Shown here: positions 45,366 to 55,160 of the stretch, piece after piece | How the letters are laid out: every line of letters starts with the position of its first letter | How positions within the stretch are numbered: the stretch's first letter is position 1 | Origin: Acidimicrobiales bacterium | Lineage (GTDB): Bacteria; Actinomycetota; Acidimicrobiia; Acidimicrobiales; VFJN01 | Direction: 5' to 3' | Length of the DNA stretch: 64,000 nt | NCBI GenBank assembly: GCA_045807565.1 | Contig: JBJMHD010000149.1 | Location: 5,116 to 69,115, forward strand | Notes under the pieces: generated by a model | Databases searched by the model: none | Told to the model about the DNA's origin: nothing | The model's input: only the letters and a program-made list of their open reading frames with translations | Position numbers and translations under genes: made by a program

Positions 45366-45809
45366 ATGTCGTTGGACGGCGAGTACGAACCGAGCACGTG
45401 GGACTGGGTGCGCGAGCAGGTCGAGCGCTACGAGGCGAGCGGGGGAAGCGAGCACAACACGCTGCGCGACACGGGGCAGCCGGTCGTGATCGTCACCACC
45501 CGCGGCAACAAGACCGGGAAGCTGCGCAAGATGGCCCTCATGCGCGTCGAGCACGAGGGTGAGTACGCGCTGATCGGATCGATGGGCGGGGCCCCGCAGC
45601 ACCCCGTCTGGGTCCACAACCTGCGAGCCGATCCGAGGGTCACCGTCCAGGACGGCCCGGAACCGGTCGAGATGACGGTGCGCGAGGTCGATGGACCGGA
45701 GCGCATCCAGTGGTGGGAGCGCGCCGTGCAGGCCTACCCCCCGTACGCGGAGTACCAGGCCAAGACGGACCGGGTCATCCCGGTGTTCGTCGCGACGCCC
45801 ACGGCCTGA
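45366..45809 (+). CDS. F420-dependent (Ddn-like) nitroreductase family oxidoreductase
   Basis: TTRGNKTGKLRK, GSMGGAPQHPVWVHNLRADP, YAEYQAKTDRVIPVFV. Confidence 0.92.
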   Translation: MSLDGEYEPSTWDWVREQVERYEASGGSEHNTLRDTGQPVVIVTTRGNKTGKLRKMALMRVEHEGEYALIGSMGGAPQHPVWVHNLRADPRVTVQDGPEPVEMTVREVDGPERIQWWERAVQAYPPYAEYQAKTDRVIPVFVATPTA

Positions 45810-45812
45810 GGG

Positions 45813-47132
45813 TCACACCGCCGAGAGCCGCAGGGCGAAGGCCGGCGTGTCGGCCGGGCGCACCGGGAGGACGACGCGACAGCCGCTCACCGTGGGTTCC
45901 CAGGGCAGCGCGGCGTCGTGGCCGAGGAGGTGGACGGTCGCGCCGGTCGCCGGTGCCAGATCGAGCTCGACGACGTTCGTGTCCGGTGTGCCGCACACGA
46001 TGGCGAACACCTCGTCGGCCCGAGCTGTGTAGCGCACGTCGAGCCCATCGCCTGTCTCACCGTCGGTGCGCGACCAGGGACGGGTGCCGTAGATCGCGTC
46101 GCCGTTGCCGCGGAGCCACCACCCGAGGGCGAGGAGGCGCTGCGCCTGGACGAAGGGGATGGTGCCGTCAGCGTTGGGTCCGACGTTGAGGAGCAGGTTC
46201 CCGCCGTTGGCGACGATGTCGACGAACATCCGGACCAGCTGGAACGCCGACAGGTAGCTCGACTCGTCCTCCTGGCGGTTGTAGCCGAAGCTCGTCCCGA
46301 TGCCGCGGGTGCTCTCCCACTTGCGGGACCGGCTGCCCTTGGTGGAGTACTCGGGGGTGACGAAGTCGGCGTGGACGGCTCCGGCGGTCTGGCCCATCCA
46401 GTCGAAGCGGTTGTTGATCACGCCGTCCGGTACCGCCGCGTAGTAGCGCTCGAACAGCGCGCGGAGGTCGAGCGCGGCGGGCGACCCGATGTCGGCCCAG
46501 AGGACGTCGGGGCGGTACCGATCGATGAGCTCGTGCCAGTGCGCTCGCACGTAGGCCTCGAACTCGTCGGTCTGCGGGATGGCGGCGAGCATCTGCTGGA
46601 AGTCGCGCATCGGCAGACCGCCGAAGCTCCAGTCGAGTCCGCCCGAGTAGTAGGTGCCGAACCGAAGGCCTCGCGCCCGCACCGCCTCGGCGAGGTCGCC
46701 GACGATGTCGCGCTCGCTCCCCCACCGGTCCTTTCGGGGGTTCGCCGTCGCGCTGGGCCACAGCAGCACGCCGTCGTGGTGCTTGGTGACGAGCACGACG
46801 TAGCGCGCTCCCGCGGCCTGGAACAGGTCGGCCCACGGATCCGGTTGCCAGCCGGCGTGGCCGTCGAGGAACGTCTCCACGAAGTCGTCGTACGGGCGAT
46901 CGCCGTGCACCTCGGCGTGGTGCCGCGCCGCCGGGCTGCCCTCGATCGCGATGGAGTTCTGGTACCACTCGGTGTAGGGCGAGAGGCGCATCGCCTCCTC
47001 CCAACCGCCCTCGGCGGCCACGTCGAACGGGGACTCGTTCACGGGCGCGAAGGCCGGCACGGCCGCCGCCGTCCAGTGCACGAAGATCCCGAGCTTGGCG
47101 TCGTCGTACCAAGCCGGAAGCGGACGCTCCAT
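45813..47132 (-). CDS. Alpha-L-fucosidase (GH29)
   Basis: WYDDAKLGIFVHW, YTEWY, YVVLVTKHHDG, LWADI, KWESTRG, GGNLLLNVGP. Confidence 0.92.
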   Translation of the reverse strand: MERPLPAWYDDAKLGIFVHWTAAAVPAFAPVNESPFDVAAEGGWEEAMRLSPYTEWYQNSIAIEGSPAARHHAEVHGDRPYDDFVETFLDGHAGWQPDPWADLFQAAGARYVVLVTKHHDGVLLWPSATANPRKDRWGSERDIVGDLAEAVRARGLRFGTYYSGGLDWSFGGLPMRDFQQMLAAIPQTDEFEAYVRAHWHELIDRYRPDVLWADIGSPAALDLRALFERYYAAVPDGVINNRFDWMGQTAGAVHADFVTPEYSTKGSRSRKWESTRGIGTSFGYNRQEDESSYLSAFQLVRMFVDIVANGGNLLLNVGPNADGTIPFVQAQRLLALGWWLRGNGDAIYGTRPWSRTDGETGDGLDVRYTARADEVFAIVCGTPDTNVVELDLAPATGATVHLLGHDAALPWEPTVSGCRVVLPVRPADTPAFALRLSAV

Positions 47133-47569
47133 CAGACCTCCACGATCAGCGTCACCGGCCCGTGGTTGACCAGCTCGACGTCCATGTCGGTGCGAAACCG
47201 CCCCGTGGCCACCGTGGCACCCAGGTCGTCCAAGCGATCGACGACCGCCTGCACGAGGGGCTCGGCGTGCTCGGGGCGGGCGGCCGCCAGCCACGACGGC
47301 CGACGCCCCTTCTCGGTGCTCCCGTAGAGCGTGAACTGCGAGACCACGAGCAGCTCGGCTCCGGCATCGGCTGCCGACACGTTCATCACGCCCTCGGCAT
47401 CGTCGAACAGCCGCAGGTGCCACAGCTTGTCGGCCAGCTTGGCCGCGGCGTCGGCGTCGTCCGCGTGGGTGACCCCCACGAGGACGCACAGCCCTGCGCC
47501 GATCGCGCCGACGACCTCGTCGCCCACGGTCACGGTCGCCCGGCTCACCCGCTGCACCACCGCCCGCAT
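47132..47569 (-). CDS. dtd: D-aminoacyl-tRNA deacylase
   Basis: [20 protein letters not shown]. Confidence 0.96.
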   Translation of the reverse strand: MRAVVQRVSRATVTVGDEVVGAIGAGLCVLVGVTHADDADAAAKLADKLWHLRLFDDAEGVMNVSAADAGAELLVVSQFTLYGSTEKGRRPSWLAAARPEHAEPLVQAVVDRLDDLGATVATGRFRTDMDVELVNHGPVTLIVEV

Positions 47570-47601
47570 GGGCCCCGACCGTAGACCGCTTCCCGCCGCC
47601 C

Positions 47602-47733
47602 CACCCCCGCGGCCTGTGGTCCCGCGACAGCCTCGTCCTGTCCGGCGGCCACAGATCGCGGCTCTTGCGCCCGCACCCCCGCGGCCTGTGGTCCCGCGAC
47701 AGCCTCGTCCTGTCGCGCCGACGCTGATCGCGG
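47602..47733. repeat. 72-bp-period tandem repeat (2 units)
   Basis: 41-bp identical block at 47602-47642 and 47674-47714; GATCGCGG also repeated at +72 (47654 and 47726). Confidence 0.85.
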
Positions 47734-47800
47734 GCCTGGCGCTCGGCTCGACGAAACCCTGGCTCCTTCGGACGGCCGGTCTCGGTAGCGTCGTGCCCTC

Positions 47801-49381
47801 GTGGGCGCGATCGACGTGAACGGGGTGGCGTGCCGCACGCCCGGCGGCGTCGACCTCCTCACCGGGGTGAGCTTCGGCGTGGGGGACGGGGAGCACGTGG
47901 CCCTCGTGGGCGCCAACGGCGTCGGCAAGACCACGCTGTTCCGCGTCATCGCCGGCGACCAGACGCCCGACGCGGGCAGCGTGCACGTCGACGGCCGCCT
48001 GCGCGTGATGCGCCAGCTGGTCGGGTGGCGCGAGGAGGGGCGGACGGTGCGCGACATGCTCCTCGACCTGTCGCCGCCCGCGCTGCAGGCCACCGCTGCG
48101 CGGCTCACCGCCGCCGAGCACGCGGCCGACGCGGAGCCGGGCGACCGCACCGGCATGTCGCTCGCCAGGGCGCACGCCGCCTGGGGGGACGCGGGGGGCT
48201 GGGACGCCGAGGTGCTGTGGGACACGTGCTGCACGATCGCCGTGCGGCAGCCGCTCACCGAGGCCGGCGACCGGGCGCTGTCCACGCTCTCCGGGGGCGA
48301 GCAGAAGCGCCTCGCCCTCGAGGTGCTCCTCCGCTCCGACGCCGACGTGCTGCTGCTCGACGAGCCCGACAACTACCTCGACGTCCCGGGCAAGGAGTGG
48401 CTCGAGGAGGCGCTGCGTGGCTGCCCGAAGACGATCCTCCTGATCAGCCACGACCGCCAGCTGCTGGCCGGCGTCGCCAAGCGGGTGGTCACCCTCGAGG
48501 GCAGGACGGCGTGGGTGCACGGCGGGTCGTTCGCCACCTGGCACGAGGCGCGGGAAGCGCGGCTGGCTCGCATCGACGAGGAGCACCGGCGCTGGCAGGA
48601 GGAGCGCAAGCAGATGCAGGTGGCGCTGGTGGAGTACCGCCGCCGAGCGTCGATGGGCAGCGACAAGTTCGCATCGCGCGTGCGCGCCACCAAGACGAAG
48701 ATCGAGCGCTTCGAGGCAGCGCCACCGCCCGAGAAGGTGCGCGACCACCAGGTGACCATGCGCCTGGGCGGCGACCGCACCGGACGCCGGGTGATCATGT
48801 GCGAGCAGCTCGAGCTGCACGGCCTCACCGATCCCTTCGACCTCGAGATCAGCTACGGCGAGCGCGTCGCCGTCCTCGGGCCGAACGGCACCGGCAAGAG
48901 CCACTTCCTCCGCCTGCTCGCCGGCGAGCCCGTCGGACACGAGGGCACCTGGCGGCTCGGCGCACGCGTGGAGCCTGGGTACTTCAGCCAGACCCACGAC
49001 CACCCGGAGCTGCGCGGGGTCGACGTCCTGGACGTGCTGCTCAAGCGGGGCGTGGAGCGGGGCAAGGCGATGGGCGCGCTGCGCCGCTACGGGATCCAGG
49101 GCTGCGCCGACCAACCGTTCGAGACGCTCTCGGGCGGACAGCAGGCGCGCCTGCAGATCCTGCTGCTCGAGCTGGCCGGCTCGACCCTGCTGCTGCTGGA
49201 CGAGCCCACGGACAACCTCGACCTGGCCTCGGCGGAGGCACTGGAGGACGCGCTCGACAGCTACGTGGGCACCGTCGTCGCCGTCACCCACGACCGCTGG
49301 TTCCTGCGCGGCTTCGACCGCTTCGTCGTGTTCGGCCGCGACGCCACGGTGCACGAGCACCTCGAACCGGTCTTCGTCTGA
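47801..49381 (+). CDS. ABC-F family ATP-binding protein
   Basis: [23 protein letters not shown] and [22 protein letters not shown]. Confidence 0.92.
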   Translation: MGAIDVNGVACRTPGGVDLLTGVSFGVGDGEHVALVGANGVGKTTLFRVIAGDQTPDAGSVHVDGRLRVMRQLVGWREEGRTVRDMLLDLSPPALQATAARLTAAEHAADAEPGDRTGMSLARAHAAWGDAGGWDAEVLWDTCCTIAVRQPLTEAGDRALSTLSGGEQKRLALEVLLRSDADVLLLDEPDNYLDVPGKEWLEEALRGCPKTILLISHDRQLLAGVAKRVVTLEGRTAWVHGGSFATWHEAREARLARIDEEHRRWQEERKQMQVALVEYRRRASMGSDKFASRVRATKTKIERFEAAPPPEKVRDHQVTMRLGGDRTGRRVIMCEQLELHGLTDPFDLEISYGERVAVLGPNGTGKSHFLRLLAGEPVGHEGTWRLGARVEPGYFSQTHDHPELRGVDVLDVLLKRGVERGKAMGALRRYGIQGCADQPFETLSGGQQARLQILLLELAGSTLLLLDEPTDNLDLASAEALEDALDSYVGTVVAVTHDRWFLRGFDRFVVFGRDATVHEHLEPVFV

Positions 49382-49424
49382 TCGCCCACCGCGGGCGCCA
49401 CCGCGCGCACCGTGGAAGGCTGCG

Positions 49425-50606
49425 GTGATGCGGACGCGGATCGCTCCCGCGACCGCGGCGGGGGCGGACACCCTGGCTGCGGCTCGCGACCTGTTCGGCC
49501 AGCTCGACGCCGACGCCGGCAAGGCCGAGGCCGACCGGCGGTTGCCACGCTCGAGCGTCGACGCGCTGAAGGCCGCGCACGCCTTCCGCATGCCGATGCC
49601 CGCGGCGTGGGGCGGTCCCGAGCTGCCGATCGCCGACATGCTGCTCGTGATCGAGGAGCTGTCCTACGCCGACGGCTCCGCCGGGTGGTGCGCCATGATC
49701 GGCTGCGACTCCGGCTTCTACGCCGCCAAGCTCGAGGACGCGGTGGCGAGGGAGGTGTTCGACGACCTCGACCTCGTGACCGCCGGGCAGACGTCGCCAT
49801 CGGCTCGGGCCGTGCGCGACGGCGACGGGTGGCGCATCAGCGGCCGCTGGGCGTTCGGCAGCGGCTGCACCCATGCCGACCGCATCGTCGGCGGAGCGTT
49901 CCTCCACGGCGACGACGGAGAGCACATCACCGCGCGCGACGGCATGCCGTCGTGGCGCACCTTCGTCCTGCCCGTCGACGAGGTGACGATCCACGAGACC
50001 TGGGACCCGATGGGCCTCGCCGGCACCGGCAGCCACGACTACTCCGTCGATGGCGTGTGGGTCCCCGACGAGCTCGGCATGCGACCGCTCGACGCGCCGC
50101 TCCGCGAGGGCGCGATCTACGCGGTGCCGTGGTCCTTCATCGTGAAGGGCGCGGCGGTCCCGATCGGCCTCGCCCGCCGCGCGCTCGACGAGCTCGTGGC
50201 GATCGCCCCCGGCAAGCTCGTGTTCCCCGAGATCGCCATGCTCGGCGACCTCGACCACCTCCACGACCGCCTGGCCCGCAGCCGTGCCCTCGTGGCCTCG
50301 GCCCGCGCCCTCATCCACGACGTGGTCGGTGCGGCATGGGAGGAGATCGAGCGCACCGGCGAGCTCCAGCAGGAGGGCCGAGCGGACCTCCGGCTGGCGA
50401 TGGTGCACTGCGCCACCGCGTGCCGCAGCGCGGTCGCCCACGTGGTCGACACCGCCACCACCGCGGCCATCAAGCGCGGGTCGCCCATCGACCGTGCGCA
50501 CCGCGACATCGTGACCGCGTCGCAGCACCTCGTCGTGAACGATCGCGTCTACGGCATGGTCGGTCGGGTGCTGATGGGGAAGCCCGCCGGCGTCATCATG
50601 ATCTAG
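49425..50606 (+). CDS. Acyl-CoA dehydrogenase-fold flavin-dependent hydroxylase (HsaA-like)
   Basis: [40 protein letters not shown]. Confidence 0.85.
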   Translation: MMRTRIAPATAAGADTLAAARDLFGQLDADAGKAEADRRLPRSSVDALKAAHAFRMPMPAAWGGPELPIADMLLVIEELSYADGSAGWCAMIGCDSGFYAAKLEDAVAREVFDDLDLVTAGQTSPSARAVRDGDGWRISGRWAFGSGCTHADRIVGGAFLHGDDGEHITARDGMPSWRTFVLPVDEVTIHETWDPMGLAGTGSHDYSVDGVWVPDELGMRPLDAPLREGAIYAVPWSFIVKGAAVPIGLARRALDELVAIAPGKLVFPEIAMLGDLDHLHDRLARSRALVASARALIHDVVGAAWEEIERTGELQQEGRADLRLAMVHCATACRSAVAHVVDTATTAAIKRGSPIDRAHRDIVTASQHLVVNDRVYGMVGRVLMGKPAGVIMI

Positions 50607-50625
50607 CGGTCCGTACCCTTGCGCC

Positions 50626-51444
50626 ATGCCCACGCTCACGGCGGGCCCGGTCACGGTGCGCGTGGATCGCGCGCGCGGCGCGCGCCTCGCGTCTCTGGTC
50701 GTGCACGGTCACGAGCTGCTGGTGCAACCGGAGACGGGCCGTCGTGGCCGTCCCAGCGATCCGCTCGTCTCGGGCTGCTACCCGATGGCACCGTTCGCGG
50801 GGCGGACCCGCGGTGGTCGGTTCGCCTGGTACGGGCAGATCCACGAGCTGGTGCCCAACCACGCCGGCCACGCCATGCACGGCACGGTGTTCGACCGACG
50901 CTGGCTGCTGGAGCTGGCGGACACCGGGTACGTCCGGCTGCGCCGTGACCTCCAACCGGGGTGGCCGTTCGCCGGGTGGGCAGTCCACGAGGTGTCACTG
51001 CAGCGCGACCGGCTCGAGCTCCGCCTCGAGGTCCACACGGAGGGAACGACGTTCCCCGCCACCATCGGCTGGCACCCGTGGTTCCGGCGTCGCATCGAGG
51101 TCGGCGGCAGCCTCGAGGTCGACCTCGACGCCAAGCGGTGGTACCCCCGTGGCGTGGACGGGCTCCCGCTCGGCTTCCTGGAGGCCCCTCCCGCGGAGGG
51201 ACCGTGGGATGACTGCTTCACGGCGGTGTCCTGGCCGGCCCGCCTCACGTGGCCGGGAGCCCTCGAGGTCACCATGACGACCACCTGCGACCACGTGGTG
51301 CTGTACGACCAGCCACGCCATGCCATCTGCCTCGAGCCCCAGACCGGACCGCCCGACGCCCTGAACCACCTGGAGCGCGCCACGCTCGTGCGCCGCGGCC
51401 ACCCGCTCGTGGCGGAGATGGCGCTGGCCTGGACGAGCCCCTAG
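50626..51444 (+). CDS. Aldose 1-epimerase family protein
   Basis: YPMAPFAGR, HAMHGT, GWHPWF, WDDCF, ICLEPQT. Confidence 0.88.
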   Translation: MPTLTAGPVTVRVDRARGARLASLVVHGHELLVQPETGRRGRPSDPLVSGCYPMAPFAGRTRGGRFAWYGQIHELVPNHAGHAMHGTVFDRRWLLELADTGYVRLRRDLQPGWPFAGWAVHEVSLQRDRLELRLEVHTEGTTFPATIGWHPWFRRRIEVGGSLEVDLDAKRWYPRGVDGLPLGFLEAPPAEGPWDDCFTAVSWPARLTWPGALEVTMTTTCDHVVLYDQPRHAICLEPQTGPPDALNHLERATLVRRGHPLVAEMALAWTSP

Positions 51445-52295
51445 GGCTGCGGGAGGCCGAGCAGCTCGGTGGCGGCGGCGAAGACCCGCCGCTGGAGGTC
51501 GCGATCGCGCAGCCGGCCGTCGCGAGGCAGCAGGCCCGCGCCCGGCGTGCTCGTGTGGAACCCGCCGGTCTGGCCTTGCTGTGCCGGGTCGCTCGCGAGC
51601 CGCACCACCACCGCCGCGCCCTGCTCCGGACGCCGCACCAGCGGCGTGCGCGCCAGCAACGTCGACGCGTGCGTGAAGCGCGACTCGGATCCGGCGAGGT
51701 TGGTGGCGACCAGGCCCGGACAGCACGAGCTGACATGGATGCCATCGCCGGCCACGCGCTCGGCGAGCTCCTGCATCACCAGCAGGAGGGCGAGCTTGGT
51801 GCGTCCGTAGAGGCGGTTCTGCTGGAGCCCGTTCGTGGCCGGGCCCCAGCTGCGGATGGTCGCCGGGTCGAGCCGGTCAGCGAACCGATGGGCCTCCGAC
51901 GCGACGTTCACGACGCGGCTCGGCGAGCCGGCGCGCAGCGGTGCCAGCAGGAGGCTGGTGAGCAGGAACGGAGACAGGAAGTTCGTGGCCACCATCGGAT
52001 CGAGCCCGTCCGACGTGCGCTCGCGCATCGTGGCGTTGATGCCGGCGTTGTTCACCAGGACGTCCAGGCGCGGCCAGCGAGCGGCGACGTCCTTCGCCAC
52101 CTGTCGCACCTGATCGAGCTCGGCGAGGTCGGCGATGAACACCTCCTCGACGCCGAGCTCCGCTGCCGCGCCTTCGGTCTTGGCCGGGTTCCGACCGATG
52201 ATGCCGACCTTGGCGCCGCGCCGCACGAGCTCGCGAGCGGCCTCCTTCCCGATGCCGGACGTGGCCCCGGTGACGATGACGTGTTCCCCATGCAT
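51441..52295 (-). CDS. Short-chain dehydrogenase/reductase
   Basis: TGATSGIG, LVNNAG, RVVNVAS, YGRTK. Confidence 0.92.
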   Translation of the reverse strand: MHGEHVIVTGATSGIGKEAARELVRRGAKVGIIGRNPAKTEGAAAELGVEEVFIADLAELDQVRQVAKDVAARWPRLDVLVNNAGINATMRERTSDGLDPMVATNFLSPFLLTSLLLAPLRAGSPSRVVNVASEAHRFADRLDPATIRSWGPATNGLQQNRLYGRTKLALLLVMQELAERVAGDGIHVSSCCPGLVATNLAGSESRFTHASTLLARTPLVRRPEQGAAVVVRLASDPAQQGQTGGFHTSTPGAGLLPRDGRLRDRDLQRRVFAAATELLGLPQP

Positions 52296-52326
52296 GCACC
52301 CATGGTGCACCACCTAGCCTCGGCCC

Positions 52327-53100
52327 ATGACCGAGGTCGGAACCGTCGCCCAGCTCTGGCGCTACCCGGTGAAGTCGTTCCAGGGCGAGCCCGTCGAGGA
52401 GCTCGCCATCGGCCCGGGCGGCGCCGACGGGGACCGCATCCTCGCCGTCGTCGACCCTGGCGCCAAGAAGGTCCTGTCGGCGAAGCGCTACGCCGACCTG
52501 CTGCTGGCGTCGGCGCGGCTCGACGGCACCCGGGTGGTCCTCACCTTGCCCGACGGCAGCGAGCACGCGTCCGACGACGCCGGCGTGCACGACGCCCTCT
52601 CCTCCTGGCTGGGCATGCCGGTGCGGCTCGAACCCCCGCCCACCGACGAGGTGTTCCCGATGGAGATGTACACGGGCATGTCGGACGAGGACTCGCCGCT
52701 CTTCGACTGGCCTGGCCCGCCCGGCACCTGGCTCGACCTCGCCGACTCGCACTGGGTCACCACCGCCAGCCTCGCCACGATCGCGGGCGAGCACCCCGAC
52801 GGCGAGTGGGACGTCCGGCGGTTCCGGCCGAACGGGCTGATCGAGACGGCCGCCGAGGGCTATCCCGAGGAGGGGTGGCCCACCTTCGAGCTCGGCGAGG
52901 TGCAGGTGGAGGTGCTGATGCCGACCATGCGCTGCTCGATGCCGTCGCGGGCCCAGCCCGGGCTCGAGCGAGACAAGGCCATCGGCACCACCATCCGGGA
53001 CGCGAACAGCAACAACCTGGGCGTCTACGCCCGGGTGACCAGGGGCGGAACGGTCAGGGTGGGCGATAGCGTGCACTCCACGCAGCACCCGGCTCCGTGA
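52327..53100 (+). CDS. MOSC domain protein
   Basis: LWRYPVKS, GDR, RRFRPN, PTMRC, NLGVYA. Confidence 0.9.
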   Translation: MTEVGTVAQLWRYPVKSFQGEPVEELAIGPGGADGDRILAVVDPGAKKVLSAKRYADLLLASARLDGTRVVLTLPDGSEHASDDAGVHDALSSWLGMPVRLEPPPTDEVFPMEMYTGMSDEDSPLFDWPGPPGTWLDLADSHWVTTASLATIAGEHPDGEWDVRRFRPNGLIETAAEGYPEEGWPTFELGEVQVEVLMPTMRCSMPSRAQPGLERDKAIGTTIRDANSNNLGVYARVTRGGTVRVGDSVHSTQHPAP

Positions 53101-53118
53101 GTTGACCGGTGGGTCAAC
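53101..53118. promoter_or_regulatory. Perfect dyad upstream of the glycosyltransferase operon
   Basis: GTTGACC-GGTG-GGTCAAC, containing a -35-like TTGACC. Confidence 0.5.
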
Positions 53119-53140
53119 AGCCCGAAAGGCTTGTCGGTCC

Positions 53141-54415
53141 ATGGCCAACGTCACCGCCAGCGACGCACCCCTCCGGATCGCCTACCTCACGTACCGGGGC
53201 AAGCCCCACGTCGGGGGCCAGGGCGTCTACACCCGCCACCTCGCCAAGGCGCTGGTCGACCTCGGCCACCACGTCGAGGTGCTGGGCGGGCAGCCGTACC
53301 CGGTGCTCGACGAGCGGGTGCCGCTGATCGAGCTCCCCAGCCTCGACATCTACAACGACCACTTCCCGATGCGGCAGCCCGGGATCTGGGAGCTCAAGGA
53401 CTGGAAGGACGTCCTCGAGGTCACGGCGTTCATCGGTGGCACGTTCCCCGAGCCCTTCGCCTTCTCGATGCGGGCGTGGGACCACCTCCGCCACCGCCAG
53501 GGCGACTTCGACATCGTCCAGGACAACCAGTGCCTCGGCTGGGGCCTGCTGCTCATCGAGCGCCAGCTCGGCATCCCCGTGCTCGGCACCATCCACCACC
53601 CGATCACCGTCGACCGCCGGCTCGAGATCGAGGCGGCCGAGAGCTGGTACAAGAAGCTCACGCTGCGCCGCTGGTACAGCTTCGTCGACATGCAGACGGA
53701 GGTCGCCCGCCGGCTGAAGCGGATCATCACGGTGTCCGAGAACTCGTTCAAGGACATCGTCCACGACCACAAGGTCGATCCCGAGCGGATGGCGGTCGTG
53801 CCGGTCGGTGTCGACGTCGAGCTGTTCAAGCCGGTCGAGCGCGTGTTCCCGATCTCGGGACGCCTCGTCACCACCGCATCGGCCGACGTCGCCATGAAGG
53901 GCCTCAAGTTCCTCCTCGAGGCGCTCGCCAAGCTCCGCACCGAGCGCGACGACGTGCACCTCGTGGTGATCGGCCGCCGGAAGCCCGGCGGCGCGAGCGA
54001 CGAGACGATCAAGCGCCTCGGGCTCGAGGACCACGTGGAGTTCGTCACCGGGGTGCCCGAGGACCGGATCATCGAGCTCTACTCGGAGGCGCAGCTCGCG
54101 GTGGTGCCGTCGCTGTACGAGGGCTTCTCGCTGCCCGCGATCGAGGCGATGTCCTGCGGCACCCCGTTGGTCGCCACCACCGGCGGTGCCATCCCCGAGG
54201 TCGTGGGCAAGGACGGCGACACCGCGCTGCTCGTGGAGCCTGGCAACAGCGAAGCGCTGGCCGCCAAGATCCGGTGGGCCCTCGACGAACCCGACCTGCG
54301 GGGCACGGTCGGCGCCCGAGGCCGCCAGCGCGTCATCGACCAGTGGTCCTGGCGGCACACGGCCGTGAAGACCGTCGAGCAGTACCGCATCCGGTTGGAG
54401 ATGGAGCAGAAGTAG
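53141..54415 (+). CDS. GT4 glycosyltransferase (ManT-like)
   Basis: KPHVGGQGVY, DNQCLG, TIHHPIT, SLYEGFSLPAIEAMSCG. Confidence 0.9.
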   Translation: MANVTASDAPLRIAYLTYRGKPHVGGQGVYTRHLAKALVDLGHHVEVLGGQPYPVLDERVPLIELPSLDIYNDHFPMRQPGIWELKDWKDVLEVTAFIGGTFPEPFAFSMRAWDHLRHRQGDFDIVQDNQCLGWGLLLIERQLGIPVLGTIHHPITVDRRLEIEAAESWYKKLTLRRWYSFVDMQTEVARRLKRIITVSENSFKDIVHDHKVDPERMAVVPVGVDVELFKPVERVFPISGRLVTTASADVAMKGLKFLLEALAKLRTERDDVHLVVIGRRKPGGASDETIKRLGLEDHVEFVTGVPEDRIIELYSEAQLAVVPSLYEGFSLPAIEAMSCGTPLVATTGGAIPEVVGKDGDTALLVEPGNSEALAAKIRWALDEPDLRGTVGARGRQRVIDQWSWRHTAVKTVEQYRIRLEMEQK

Positions 54416-55158
54416 TGCTCACGGTCCGGTTCGACCGGCTCGGCGTGCAGCCGGGCGACCTGCTGCTCGACATGGGCTGCGGAGCCGGACGTCACGCCTT
54501 CGAGTCCTTCAAGCGCGGGGCTCGGGTCGTCGCCTTCGACTACTCGGCCGCCGAGCTCAAGGACGTCGGTGGCCTCTTCGCGGCCATGCGCGACTCCGGG
54601 GAGGCTGGTCGCGAGCCGGGATCCATGGCGGCCACCACGAACGGCGACGCCCTCGCGCTGCCGTTCCCGTCGAACACGTTCGATCGGATCATCGCCAGCG
54701 AGGTGCTGGAGCACGTCAGCGACGACCAGGTGGCGCTGCAGGAGATCTTCCGCGTCTTGAAGCCGGGCGGCACGCTGGCGGCCACCGTGCCGTCATGGCT
54801 CCCGGAGCAGATCTGCTGGGCGCTGTCGGAGGAGTACCACGCACCCTTCGTCGAGGGCGGGCACGTTCGCATCTACTCGGAGCCGCAGCTGCGCGGCCGG
54901 ATGCGCCAGGCCGGACTGAAGCCCGGCTTCGCCCACCACGCCCACGCCCTGCACTCGCCCTACTGGTGGCTGAAGTGCGCGGTGGGACCGACCAACGACG
55001 ACAACCCCCTCGTGAAGGCGTACCTGCAGGTGCTCATCTGGGACATCGCGCAGGAGCAGCCGATGGGCACGGTCACGCGCTGGGCCGAGCGCCTCCTGAA
55101 CCCGGTGCTCGGGAAGAGCCTGGTCGTCTACGCCAGCAAGCCCGGTAGGGAGGCGTAG
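54415..55158 (+). CDS. Class I SAM-dependent methyltransferase (type 11; MeT3-like by context)
   Basis: TAGTG coupling; LLDMGCGAGRH, FDRIIASEVLEH, GGHVRIY, HALHSPYWWLKC. Confidence 0.88.
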   Translation: MLTVRFDRLGVQPGDLLLDMGCGAGRHAFESFKRGARVVAFDYSAAELKDVGGLFAAMRDSGEAGREPGSMAATTNGDALALPFPSNTFDRIIASEVLEHVSDDQVALQEIFRVLKPGGTLAATVPSWLPEQICWALSEEYHAPFVEGGHVRIYSEPQLRGRMRQAGLKPGFAHHAHALHSPYWWLKCAVGPTNDDNPLVKAYLQVLIWDIAQEQPMGTVTRWAERLLNPVLGKSLVVYASKPGREA

Positions 55159-55160
55159 GC

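Noticed and set aside
45813-47569. Translational coupling of dtd and GH29 fucosidase
   Set aside because: No plausible functional link; probably incidental operon packing.
47602-47733. Mini-CRISPR array
   Set aside because: Two units only, the intervening sequences share a motif, and there is no leader or cas gene.
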